Source: Eledone cirrhosa (Eukaryota). From it: DNA of 64,000 nt. Below are positions 40,635 to 54,100 of the stretch, one piece after another (the stretch's first letter is position 1; every line of letters starts with the position of its first letter). Both the position numbers and the translations under genes were made by a program. The stretch covers positions 51,026,001 to 51,090,000 of the forward strand of contig OZ024746.1 in assembly GCA_964016885.1 (NCBI GenBank), written 5' to 3'. Below the pieces are notes generated by a model, which ran no database searches, was not told where the DNA came from, and worked only from the letters and a program-made list of their open reading frames with translations.

Positions 40635-42892
40635 GTGGATCGATGAGATTGCCACTCTCCCTATCTACAGTCTAGCGAAGCCACAGCCAAGCGAAAGGTC
40701 TTGGACGGATCAACGAGTTTGCCACTGTCTCTATCTACTGTCTAGCGAAACTACAGCCAAGGAACGAGCTTGGACAGATCAACGAGATTGCCACTGTCCC
40801 TATCTCCTGTCTAGAGAAACCACAGCAAAGGGAACGGTCTTGGACGGATCAACGTGATTGCCACTGTCCCTATCTACTGTCTAGAGAAACCACAGCCAAG
40901 GGAACGGTCTTGGACGGAGCAACCAGATTGCCACTGTCCCTATCTACTATTTAGCGAAACTACAGCTAAGGGAATGTGCTTGGACGAATCAACGAGATTG
41001 CCACTGTCCTTATCTACTGTCTAGCGAAATCACAGCCAAGGGAACGATGTTGGGTGGATCAACGAGATTGCCACTGTCCCTATCTTCTGTCTAGCGAAAC
41101 TACAGCCAGGCGTACGGTCTTGGACGGATGAACGAGATTGCCACTGTCCCTATCTACTGTCTAGCGAAACTATAGCCAAGGAACCAGCTTGGACGGATCA
41201 ACGAGATTGCCACTGTCCCTATCTACTGTCTAGCGAAACCACAGCCAATGGAACGGGCTTGGGTGGATCGATGAGATTGCCACTCTCCCTATCTACGGTC
41301 TAGCGAAACCACAGCCAAGGGAATGGGATTGGGTGGATCAACGAGATTTCCACTGCCCCAATCTACTGTCTAGCGAAATCACAGCCAAGGGAACGAGCTT
41401 GGGTGGATCAACGAAATTGCAACTGTCCCTATCTTCTGTCTAGCGAAACAACAGCCAAGCTAATGGGCTTGGTCTGATCAACGAGATTGCCACTGTCTCT
41501 ATCTACTGATTAGCGAAACCACAGCCAAGGCACCTGGCTTGGACGGATCAACGAGATTGCCACTGTCTAGCGAAACGACAGCAAAGGGAACGGTCTTGGA
41601 CGGATCAATGTGATTGCCACTGTCCCTATCTACTGTCTAGGGAAACCACAGACAACGGAACGGGCTTGGGTGGATCAACAAGATTACCACTCTCCCTATC
41701 TTTTGTCTAGCAAAACCACAGCCAAGGGAACGAGCTTGGACGGATCAAGGAGAATGCCACTGTCCCTATCTTCTGTCTAGCAAAACTACAGCCAAGGGAA
41801 CTAGCTTGGAGGGATCAACGAGATTGCCACTGTCCCTATCTACTGTCAAGCAAAACTACAGCCAAGGGAACTAGCTTGGACGGATCAACGAGATTGCCAC
41901 TGTCCTTATCTATTTTCTAGCGAAATCACAGCCAAGGGAACTGGCTTGGACGGATCAATGAGATTGCCACTGTCCCTATCTACTGTCTAGCGAAACCACA
42001 GCAAAGGGAACGGTCTTGGACGTATCAACGTGATTGCCACTGTTCCTATCTACTGTCTAGGGAAACCACAGCCAAGGGAACGAACTTGAACGGATCAACG
42101 AGATTGCCACTGTCCCTATCTACTGTCTAGCTAAACCACAGCCAAGCGAACGGGCTTGGGTGGATCGACGAGATTGCCACTGTCCCTATCTACTTTCTAG
42201 CGAAACCACAGCCAAGGAACGAGCTTGGATGGATCAACGAGATTGCCACTGTCCCTATCTACTGTTTAGCGAAACCACAGCTCAGGGAAAGAGCTTGGAC
42301 GGATCAAAGAGATTGCCACTGTCCTTATCTACTTTCTAGCGAAACCACAGACAAGGGAACGAGCTTGGGTGGATCAACGAGATTGCCACTGTCCCTATCT
42401 ACTGTCTAGCGAAACCACAGCCACGGCAACGGGCTTGGACGGATCAACGAGATTGCAACTGTCCCTATCTACTGTCTAGCGAAACTAGAGCCAAGGAACC
42501 AGCTTGGACGGATCAACGAGATTGCCACTGTCCCTGTCTACTGTCTAGCTAAACCACAGCCAAGCGAACGGGCTTGGGTGGATCGACGAGATTGCCACTG
42601 TTCCTATCTACGGTTTAGCGAAACTACAGCCAAGGGAACGAGGTTGGGTGACACAACGATATTGCCACTGTCCCTATCTTCTGTCTAGAGAAACCACAGC
42701 CAAGCTAACGGTCTTGGACGGATCAACGAGATTGCCACTGTCCCTATCTATTGTCTAGCGAAACCACAGCCAAGGGAACGGGCGTGGACGGATCAACGAG
42801 ATTGCCACTGTCCCTATCTACTGTCTAGCGAAACTACAGCCAAGGAACTAGCTTGGACGGATCAACGAGATTGCCACTGTCCCTATCTACTG

Positions 42893-42926
<34 letters not shown>

Positions 42927-43870
42927 GTGGATCGATGAGATTGCCACTCTCCCTATCTACGGTCTAGCAAAACCACAGCCAAGGGAATGGGATTGGGTGG
43001 ATCAACGAGATTGCCACTTCCCCTATCTACAGTTTAGCGAATCCACAGACAAGGGAACGAGCTTGGACGGATCAACGAGATTGCCACTGTCCTTATCTAC
43101 TTTCTAGCGAAATTACAGCCAAGGGAACGGGCTTGGGTGGATCAACGATAATGCCACTGTCCCTATCTACTGTCTAGCGAAACCAGAGCCAACGAAACGG
43201 GCTTGGGTGGATCAACAAGATTACCACTGTCCCTATCTTCTATCTAGCGAAACCACAGCCAAGGAACGAGTTTGGACGGATCAACGAGATTGCCACTGTC
43301 CCTATCTATTGTCTAGCGAAACCACAGCCAAGGGAACTGGATGGAAGGATCAACGAGATTGCCACTGTCCCTATCTACTGTCTAGCGAAACGACAGCAAA
43401 CGGAACGGGCTTGGACGGATAAACGTGATTGCCACTGTCCCTATCTACTGTTTAGCGAAACCACAGCTAATGGAAAGAGCTTGGACGGATCAACGAGATT
43501 GCCACTGTCCTTATCTACTTTATAGCGAAACCACAGCCAAGGGAACGAGCTTGGGTGGATCACCGAGATTGCCACTGTCCCTATCTACTGTCTAGCGAAA
43601 CTACAGCCAAGCGAACGGGCTTGGGTGGATCGACGAGATTGCCACTGTCCCTATCTAAGGTCTAGCGAAACTACAGCCAAGGGAACGGGCTTGGGTGGAT
43701 CAACGAGTTTGCCACTGTCCCTATCTTCTGTCTAGCGAAACCACAGCCAAGCTAACGGTCTTGGACGGATCAACGAGATTGCCACTGTCCCTATCTACTG
43801 TCTAGCGAAACCACAGCCAAGAAAACGGGCTTGGACGGATCAAGGAGGTTGCCACTGTCGCTATCTACTG

Positions 43871-43905
<35 letters not shown>

Positions 43906-45267
43906 CGGATCAACGAGATTGCCACTGTCCCTATCTACTGTCTAGCGAAACTACAGCCAAGGAACCAGCTTGGACGGATCAACGAGATTGCCACTGTCCC
44001 TATCTACTGTCTAGCGAAACCACAGCCAAGGGAACGCGCTTGGGTGGATCGATGAGGTTGCCATTCTCCCGATCTAGGGTCTAGCGAAACCACAGCCAAG
44101 GGAATGGGATTGGATGGATCAACGAGATTGCCACTTCCTCTATCTACTGTCTAGCGAAATCACAGCCAATGGAACGGTCTTGGGTGGATCAACAAGATTA
44201 CCACTCTCCCTATCTTCTGTCTAGCAAAACCACAGCTAAGGGAACGAGCTTGGACGGATCAAGGAGAATGCCACTGTCCCTTTCTTCTGTCAAGCGAAAC
44301 TACAGCCAAGGGAACTAGCTTGGACGGATCAACGAGATTGCCACTGTCCCTATCTACTGTCTAGCGAAACTACAGCCAAGGAACCAGCTTGGACGGATCA
44401 ACGAGATTGCCACTGTCGCTATCTACTGTCTAGCGAAACTACAGCCAAGGAACCAGCTTGGACGGATCAACGAGATTGCCACTGTCACTATCTACTGTCT
44501 AGCGAAGCCACAGCCAAGGGAACGGGCTTGGACGGATCAACGATATTGCCACTGTCCCTATCTACTGTCTAGCGAAACCACAGCCAAGATAACGGGCTTG
44601 GGTGAACCGACGCGATTGCCACTCTCCGTATCTACGGTCTAGCGAAACCACAGTCAAGGGAATGGGCTTGGCTGGATCGACGAGATTGCCACTCTCCCTA
44701 TCTACGGTCTAGCGAAACCACAGCCAAGGGAACGAGCTTGGGTTGATCAACGAGATTGCCACTGTCCCTATCTTCTGACTAGCGAAACCACAGCCAAGCT
44801 AACGGGCTTGGACGGATCAACGAGATTGCCACTGTCCCTATCTACTGTCTTGCGAAACGACAGCTAAGGGTATGAGCTTGGACGGATCAACGAGATTCCC
44901 ACCGTCCATATCTACTGTCTACCGAAACCACAGCCAAGGGAACGGGCTAGGACGGATCAACGAGGTTGCCACTGTCCCTATCTACTGTCTAGCGAAACCA
45001 CAGCCAAGGAAACGAGCTTGGACCTATCAACGAGATTGCCACTGTCCCTATCTACTGTCTAGCGAAACAACAGCCAAGGGAATAGGCTTAGGCGGAGCAA
45101 CGAGATTCCCACTGTCCCTATCTACTGTCTAGCGAAATCACAGCCAAAGGAACGGGCTTGGACGGATCAACGAGGTTGCCACTTTCCCTATCTACTGTCT
45201 AGCGAAACCACAGCCAGGGGAACGAACTTGGACGGATCAACGAGATTGCCACTGTCCCTATCTTCAG

Positions 45268-45302
<35 letters not shown>

Positions 45303-46525
45303 CGCATCAACGAGATTGCAACTGTCCCTATCTACTGTCTAGCGAAATTACAGCCAAGGAAACAGCTTGGACGGATCAACGAGATTCCCACTGTCCCTAT
45401 CTACGGTCTAGTGAAACCACAGCTAAGGGAACGGGCTTGGGTGGATCAACGAGATTGCCTCTGTCCCTTTCTACTGTCTTGCGAAACCAGAGCCAAGGGA
45501 AAGAGCTTGGACGGATCAACGAGATTGCCACTGTCCCTATCTACTGTCTAGCGAAACTAGAGCCAAGGATACAGCTTGGACGGATCAACGAGATTGCCAC
45601 TGTCCCTATCTACTGTCTAGCGAAACCACAGCCAAGGAAACGAGCTTGGACGGATCAACGAGATTGCCACTGTCCCTATCTTCTGTCTAGTGAAACCTCA
45701 GTCAAGCTAACGGGCTTGGACGGATCAACGAGATTCCCTCTGTCCATATCTACTGTCTAGCGAGACCACAGCCAAGGAAACGGGCTAGGACGGATCAACA
45801 AGATTGACATTGTCCCTATCTACTGTCAAGCGAAACCAGAGCCAACGGACCGGGTTTGGGTGGATGAACAAGATTACCACTGACCCTATCTTCTGTCTAG
45901 CGAAACCACGGGCCAAGGGAACGAGCTTGGACGGATCAAGGACATAGCCACTGTCCCTATCTCCTGTCTAGCGAAACCACAGACAAGGGAACGAGCTTGG
46001 AGGGATCAACGAGATTGCCACTGTCCCTATCTATTGTCTAGGGAAACTACAGCCAAGGAACCAGCCTGGACGGATCAACGAGATTACCACTGTCCCTATC
46101 TACTGACTAGCGAATCCTCAGCCAAGGGAACGGGCTTGGGTGGATTAACGAGATTACCACTGTCCCTATCTACGGTCTAGCGAAACCACAGCCAGGGGAA
46201 CGGTCTTGGGTGGATCAACGAGATTCCCACTGTCCCTATCTACTGTCTAGCAAAACCACAGCAAAGGCAACTGGCTTGGACGGATCAAGGAGATTGGCAC
46301 TGTCCCTATCTACTGTCTAGCGAAACGACAGCCAACGGAACGGGCTTGGACGGATCAACGAGATTGCCACTGTCCCTATCTACTGTCTAGCGAAACCACA
46401 GACAAGGGAACGAGTTTGGACGGATTAACGAGATTGCCACTGTCCCTATCTACTGACTAGCGAAACTACAGCCAAGGGAACGAGCTTGGACGGATCAACG
46501 AGATTGCCATTGTCGCTATCTTCTG

Positions 46526-46560
<35 letters not shown>

Positions 46561-46719
46561 CGGATCAACGAGATTGCCAGTGTCCCTATCTACTGTCTAG
46601 AGAAACCACAGCCTAGGGAATAGGCTTGGGCGGATCAACGAGATTCCCACTGTCCCTATCTACTGTCTAGCGAAATCACAGCCAAAGGAACGGACTTGGA
46701 CGGATCAACAAGTTTACCA

Positions 46720-46763
<44 letters not shown>

Positions 46764-46878
46764 ACTCGGACAGATTAACCAGATTGCGACTGTCCCTATC
46801 TACTGTCTAGCGAAACCACAGCCAAGGAAACTGGCTTGGACGGATCAACGAGGTTGCCACTGTCGCTATCTACTGTCA

Positions 46879-46909
<31 letters not shown>

Positions 46910-48199
46910 GTTGATCAACGAGATTGCCACTGTCCCTATCTTCTGACTAGCGAAACCACAGCCAAGGGTACGGGCTAGGACGGATCAACGAGATTGCCTC
47001 TGTACTTATCTACTGTCTCGCGAAACCACAGCCAAGGGATTGAGCTTTGACGGATCAACGAGATTCCCACTGTCCATATCTACTGTCTAGCGAAACCACA
47101 GCCAGGGGTACGGGCTAGGACGGATCAACGAGATTGCCACTGTCCCTATCTACTGTCTACCAAAACCACAGCCAGGGGAACGGGCTTGGGCGGATCAACG
47201 AGATTGCCACTGTCCCTATCTACAGTCTAGCGAAATCACAGCCAAGGGAACGGGCTTGGACGGATCAACGAAATTGCCACTGTCCCTATAGACTGTCTAG
47301 TGAAAACACAGTCAAGGGAACGGTCTTGGACGGATCAACGTGATTGCCACTGTCCCTATCTACTTTCTAGGGAAACCACAGCCAAAGGAACGGGCTTGGG
47401 TGGATCGACAAGTTTGCCACTGTCCCTATCTACTGTCTATTGAAACCACAGACAAGGGAATGAGCTTGGACGGATCAACCAGATTGCCACTGTCCCTATC
47501 TACTGTCTAGAGAAACCACAGCCAAGAGAATGGGCTTGGGTGGATCAACGAGATTGCCACTGTCCCTATCTACTGTCTGGCGCAACCACAGCCAATCGAA
47601 CGGGCTTGGCTGGATCAACAAGATTGCCACTGACGCTATCTACTGTCTAGAGAAACCACAGCCAAAGGAACGGGCCTGGGTGGATTAACGAGATTGCCAT
47701 TCTCCCTATCTACTGTCTAGCGAAACCACAGCCGAGGGAGTGAGCTTGGACGGATCAACGAGATTGCCAGTGCCCCTATCTATTGTCTAGCGAAACCACA
47801 GCCAAGAGAACGGGTCTGGGTGGATCAACGAGATTGCCACTGTCCCTCTCTACTGTCTAGCGAACCCACAGCCAAGAGAACGGGCTTGGGTGGATCAACG
47901 AGATTGCCACTGTCCCTATCTACTGTCTAGCGCAACCACAGCCAAGGGAACGGGCTTGGGTGGATCAACGAGATTGCCACTCTCCATATCAACTGTCTAG
48001 CGAAACCACAGGCAAGGGAATGGGCTTGGGTGGATCAACGAGATTGCCACTGTCCCTCTCTACTGTCTAGTGAAACCAAGGCCAAGAGAACGGGCTTGGG
48101 TGGATCAACGAGATTGCCACTGTCCCTATCTACTGTCTAGCGCAACCACAGCCAAGGGAACGGGCTTGGTTGGATCAACGAGACTGCCACTGTCCCTCT

Positions 48200-51100
48200 C
48201 TACTGTCTAGCGAAACCACAGCCAATTGAACGAAACTTGGACGGATCAACGAGATTGCCACTGTCCGTATCTACTGTCTAGCGAAACTACAGCCAAGGAA
48301 ACGAGCTTGGACGGAATAACGAGATTGCCACTGTCTCTATCTACTGTCTAGCAAAACCACAGCCAAGAGAACGGGCTTGGTTGGATCAACGAAATTGCTA
48401 CTGTCCCTATTTACTGTTTAGCGAAACCACAGCCAAGGGAACGGTTTGGGTCGATCAACGAGATTGCCACTGTCCCCATCTACTGTCTAGCGAAACCACA
48501 GCCAAGGGAACGAGCTTGGACGGATCAACGAGATTGCCACTGTCCCTATCTACTGTTTAGCGAAACCACAGCCAAGGGAACGAGCATGGACGGATCAACG
48601 AGATTACCACTGTTCCTATCTACAGTCTAGCGAAACAACAGCCGAGGGAATGAGGTTGGACGTATCAACGAGATTGCCACTGTCCCTATCTATTGTGTAG
48701 CGAAACCACAGCCAAGAGAACGGGGGTGGGTGTATCATCGAGATTGACACTGTCCCTCTCTACAGTCTAGCGAAACCACAGCCAAGAGAACGGGCTTGGG
48801 TGGATCCAGGAGATAGCCACTGTCCCTATCTACAGTCTAGCGCAACCACAGCCAAGAGAACGGGCTTGGGTGGATCAACAATATTGCCACTGTCCCTGTC
48901 TACTGTCTAGCGAAACCACAGCCAAGAAAACGGGCTTGGGTGGATCAACGAGATTGCCACTGTCTCTATCTACTGTCTAGCGCTACCACAGCCAAGGGAA
49001 CGGGCTTGGGTGGATCAACGAGCTTGACACTGTCCCTATCTACTGTCTAGCGAAACCACAGCCAAGGGAACGGAGTTGGTTGGATCAACGCGATTGCCAC
49101 TGACCATATCTAATGTCTAGCGAAACCACAGCCAAGAGAACGGGCTTGGGTGGATCAACGAGATTGCCACTGTCCCTATCTACTGTCTAGCGCAAGCACA
49201 GCCAAGGGAACGAGCTTGGACGGATCAACGAGATTGCCACTGTTTTTATCTACTTTCTAGCGAAACCACAGCCAACGGAACGAATTGGGTGGATCAACGA
49301 GATTGCCACTGTGCCTATCTACTGACTAGCGCAACCACAGCCAAGGGAACGGGCTTGGCTGGATCAACGAGACTGCCACTGTCGCTATCTACTGTCTAGT
49401 GAAACCACAGCCAAGGGAACGGGCTTGGGTGGATTAACGTGATTGCCACGGTCCCTCTCCACTGTCTAGCGAAACCACAGCCAAGAGAACGGGCTTGGGT
49501 GAATCAACGAGATTGCCACTGTCTCTATCTACTGTCTAGCGAAACCACAGCCAAGGGAACGGAGTTGGTTGGATCAACGCGATTGCCACTGACCCTATCT
49601 ACTGTCTAGCGATACCACAGCCAAGGAAACGGACCTGGGAGGTTCAACGAGATTGCCACTGACGCTATCTACTGTCTAGCGAAACCACAGCCAAGGGAAC
49701 GAGCATGGACGGATCAACGAGATTGCCTCTGTCCTTATCTACTTTCTAGCGAAACCACAGCCAACGGAACGAGCTTGGGTGGATCAACGAGATTGCCACT
49801 GTGCCTATCTACTGACTAGCGAAATCACAGCCAAGGGAACGGGCTTGGCTGGATCAACAAGATTGCCACTGTCCCTATCTACTGTCTAGCGAAACCACAG
49901 CCAAGGGAACGAGCTTGGACGGATCAACGAGATTGCCACTGTTTTTATCTACTTTCTAGCGAAACCACAGCCAACGGAACGAATTGGGTGGATCAACGAG
50001 ATTGCCACTGTGCCTATCTACTGACTAGCGCAACCACAGCCAAGGGAACGGGCTTGGCTGGATCAACGAGATTGCCACTGTCGCTATCTACTGTCTATTG
50101 AAACCACAGCCAAGAGAACGGACTTGGGTGGATCAACGAGATTGCCACTGTCCCTATCTACTGTCTAGCGAAACCACAGCCAAGGGAACGGAGTTGGTTG
50201 GATAAACGCGATAGCCACTGACCCTATCTACTGTCTAGCGAAACCACAGCCAAGGGAATGCACCTGGTGGGAGGTTCAACGAGATTGTCACTGTCCCTCT
50301 CTACTGTCTAGCGAAACCACAGCCAAGGGAACGAGCTTGGACGGATCAACGAGATTGCCACTGTTTGTATCTACTTTCTAGCGAAACCACAGCCAACGGA
50401 ACGAATTGGGTGGATCAACGAGATTGCCACTGTGCCTATCTACTGACTAGCGCAACCACAGCCAAGATAACGGGCTTGGGTGGATCAACGAGATTGCCAC
50501 GGTCCCTCTCTACTGTCTAGCTAAACAACAGCCAAGAGAACGGACTTGGGTGGATCAACGAGATTGCCAGTGTCCCTATCTACTGTCTAGCGCAGCCACA
50601 GCCAAGGGAACGGGCTTTGTGTGGATCAATGAGATTGCCACTCTCCATATCTACTGTCTAGCGAAGCCACAGGCAAGGGAACGGGCTGGGTGGATCAACG
50701 AGGTTGCCACTATCCCTCTCGACTGTCTAGCAAAACCAGAGCCAAGAGAACGGACTTGGGTGGATCAACGAGATTGCCACTGTCCCTATCTACTGTCTAG
50801 CGCAACCACAGCCAAGGGAACGGGCTTGGCTGGATCAACGAGATTGCCACTGTCCTTATCTATTTTCTAGCGAAATCACAGCCAAGGGAACTGGCTTGGA
50901 CGGATCAATGAGATTGCCACTGTCCCTATCTACTGTCTAGCGAAACCACAGCAAAGGGAACGGTCTTGGACGTATCAACGTGATTGCCACTGTTCCTATC
51001 TACTGTCTAGCTAAACCACAGCCAAGCGAACGGGCTTGGGTGGATCGACGAGATTGCCACTGTCCCTATCTACTTTCTAGCGAAACCACAGCCAAGGAAC

Positions 51101-54100
51101 GAGCTTGGATGGATCAACGAGATTGCCACTGTCCCTATCTACTGTCTAGCAAAACCACAGCCAAGAGAACGGGCTTGGGTGGATCAACGAGATTGCTACT
51201 GTCCCTATTTACTGTCTAGCGAAACCACAGCCAAGGGAACGGCTTGGGTGGATCAACGAGATTGCCACTGTCCCTATCTACTGTCTACCAAAACCACAGC
51301 CAAGGGAACGAGCTTGGACGGATCAACGAGATTGCCACTGTCCCTATCTACTGTTTAGCGAAACCACAGCCAAGGGAACGAGCTTGGGCGGATCAACGAG
51401 ATTAACACTGTTCCTATCTACAGTCTAGCGAAACAACAGCCGAGGGAATGAGCTTGGACGTATCAACGAGATTGCCACTGTCCCTATCTATTGTGTAGCG
51501 AAACCACAGCCAAGAGAACGAGGGTGGGTGTATCATCGAGATTGCCACTGTCCCTCTCTACAGTCTAGCGAAACCACAGACAAGAGAACGGGCTTGGGTG
51601 GATCAACGAGATAGCCACTGTCCCTATCTACAGTCTAGCGCAACCACAGCCAAGGGAACGGGCTTGGGTGGATCAACAATATTGCCACTGTCCCTGTCTA
51701 CTGTCTAGCGAAACCACAGGCGAGAGAACGGACTTGGGTGGATCAACGAGATTGCCACTGTCTCTATCTACTGTCTAGCGCAACCACAGACAAGGGAACG
51801 GGCTTGGGTGGATCAACGAGATTGACACTGTCCCTATCTACTGTCTAGCGAAACCACAGCCAAGGGAACGGAGTTGGTTGGATAAACGCGATAGCCACTG
51901 ACCCTATCTACTGTCTAGCGAAACCACAGCCAAGGGAATGGACCTGGTGGGAGGTTCAACGAGATTGCCACTGTCCCTCTCTACTGTCTAGCGAAACCAC
52001 AGCCAAGGGAACGAGCTTGGACGGATCAACGACATTGCCACTGTTATTATCTACTTTCTAGCGAAACCACAGCCAACGGAACGAATTGGGTGGATCAACG
52101 AGATTGCCACTGTCGCTATCTACTGTCTAGTGAAACCACAGCCAAGGGAACGAGTTGGGTGGATTAACGTGATTGCCACGGTCCCTCTCTACTATCTAGC
52201 GAAACCACAGCCAAGAGAACGGGCTTGGGTGGATCAACGAGATTGCCAGTTTCCCTATCTACTGTCTAGCGCAACCACAGCCACCAAGGGAACGGGCTTT
52301 GTGTGGATCAATGAGATTGCCACTCTCCATATCTACTGTCTAGCGAAACCACAGGCAAGGGAACGGGCTGGGTGGATCAATGAGGTTGCCAATGTCCCTC
52401 TCGACTGTCTAGCAAAACCACAGCCAAGAGAACGGGCTTGGGTGGATCAACGAGATTGCCACTGACGCTATCTACTGTCTAGCGAAACCACAGCCGACGG
52501 AGTGAGCGTGGATGGATCAACGAGATTGCCAGTGTCCCTATCTACTGTCTTGCGAAACCACAGCCAAGAGAACGGGTCTGGGTCGATCAACGAGATTGCC
52601 ACTATCCCTCTCTACTGTCTAGCGAAACCACAGCCAAGAGAACGAGCTTGGACGGATCAACGAGGTTGCCACTGTCCTTATCTACTGTCTAGCGAAACCA
52701 CAGCCAAAGGAACGAGCTTGTGTGGATCAACGAGATTGCCCCTGTGCCTATCTACTGTCTAGCGAAACCACAGCTAAGGGAACAGGCTTGGCTGGATCAA
52801 CGAGATTGCCAGTGTCCCTATCTACTGTCTAGCGAAACCACAGGCAAGAGAACGGACTTGGGGGGATCAACGAGATTGCCACTGTCCCTCTCTACTGTCT
52901 AGCGAAACCACAGCCAAGGTAACGGGCTTGGGTGGATCAACGAGATTGACACTGTCACTATCTACTGTCTAGCGAAACCACAGCCAAGGGAACGGAGTTG
53001 GTTGGATAAACGCGATAGCCACTGACCCTATCTACTGTCTACCGAAACCACAGCCAAGGGAATGCACCTGGTGGGAGGTTCAACGAGATTGTCACTGTCC
53101 CTCTCTACTGTGTAGCGAAACCACAGCCAAGGGAACGAGCTTGGACGGATCAACGAGATTGCCACTGTTTTTATCTACTTTCTAGCGAAACCACAGCCAA
53201 CGGAACGAATTGGGTGGATCAACGAGATTGCCACTGTCCCTATCTACTGACTAGCGCAACCACAGCCAAGGGAACGGGCTTGGCTGGATCAACGAGATTG
53301 CCACTGTCGCTATCTACTGTCTAGCGAAACCACAGCCAAGGGAACGTGCTTGGGTGGATTAACGTGATTGTCATTCTCCCTATCTACTGTCTAGCGAAAC
53401 CACAGCCGAGGAAGTGAGCTTGGACGGATCAACGAGATTGCCAGTGTCCCTATCTACTGTCTAGCGAAACCACAGCCAAGATAACGGGCTTGGGTGGATC
53501 AATGAGATTGCCACGGTCCCTCTCTACTGTCTAGCTAAACAACAGCCAAAAGAACGGACTTGGGTGGATCAACGAGATTGCCAGTGTCCCTATCTACTGT
53601 CTAGCGCAACCACAGTCAAGGGAACGGGCTTTGTGTGGATCAATGAGATTGCCACTCTCCATATCTACTGTCTAGCGAAACCACAGGCAAGGGAACGGGC
53701 TGGGTGGATCAACGAGGTTGCCACTGTCCCTCTCGACTGTCTAGCAAAACCAGAGCCAAGAGAACGGACTTGGGTGGATCAACGAGATTGCCACTGTCCC
53801 TATCTACTGTCTAGCGCAACTACAGCCAAGGGAACGGGCTTGGCTGGATCAACAAGATTGCCACTGACGCTATCTACTGTCTAGCGAAACCACAGCCAAA
53901 GGAACGGGCCTGGGCGGATTAACGAGATTGCCATTCTCCCTATCTACTGTCTAGCGAAACCACAGCCGAGGGAGTGAGCTTGGACGGATCAACGAGATTG
54001 CCAGTGCCCGTATCTATTGTCTAGCGAAAGCACAGCCAAGAGAACGGGTTTGGGTTGATCAACGAGATTGCTACTGTCCGTATCTACTGTCTAGCGAAAC

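Larger units (their letters stand above)
1..47500 (+). repeat. Array domain A: GACGGA-rich junctions, frequent 69-bp monomers, 57-bp deletion monomers
   Basis: Recurrent diagnostic variants ACTACAGCCAAGGAACCAGC, CTAGCGATCTACAGCC, GATCGATGAGATTGCCACTCTCCCTATCTACGG and GCCACTGTCTAGCG, none of which I see in the right-hand domain. Confidence 0.85.
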
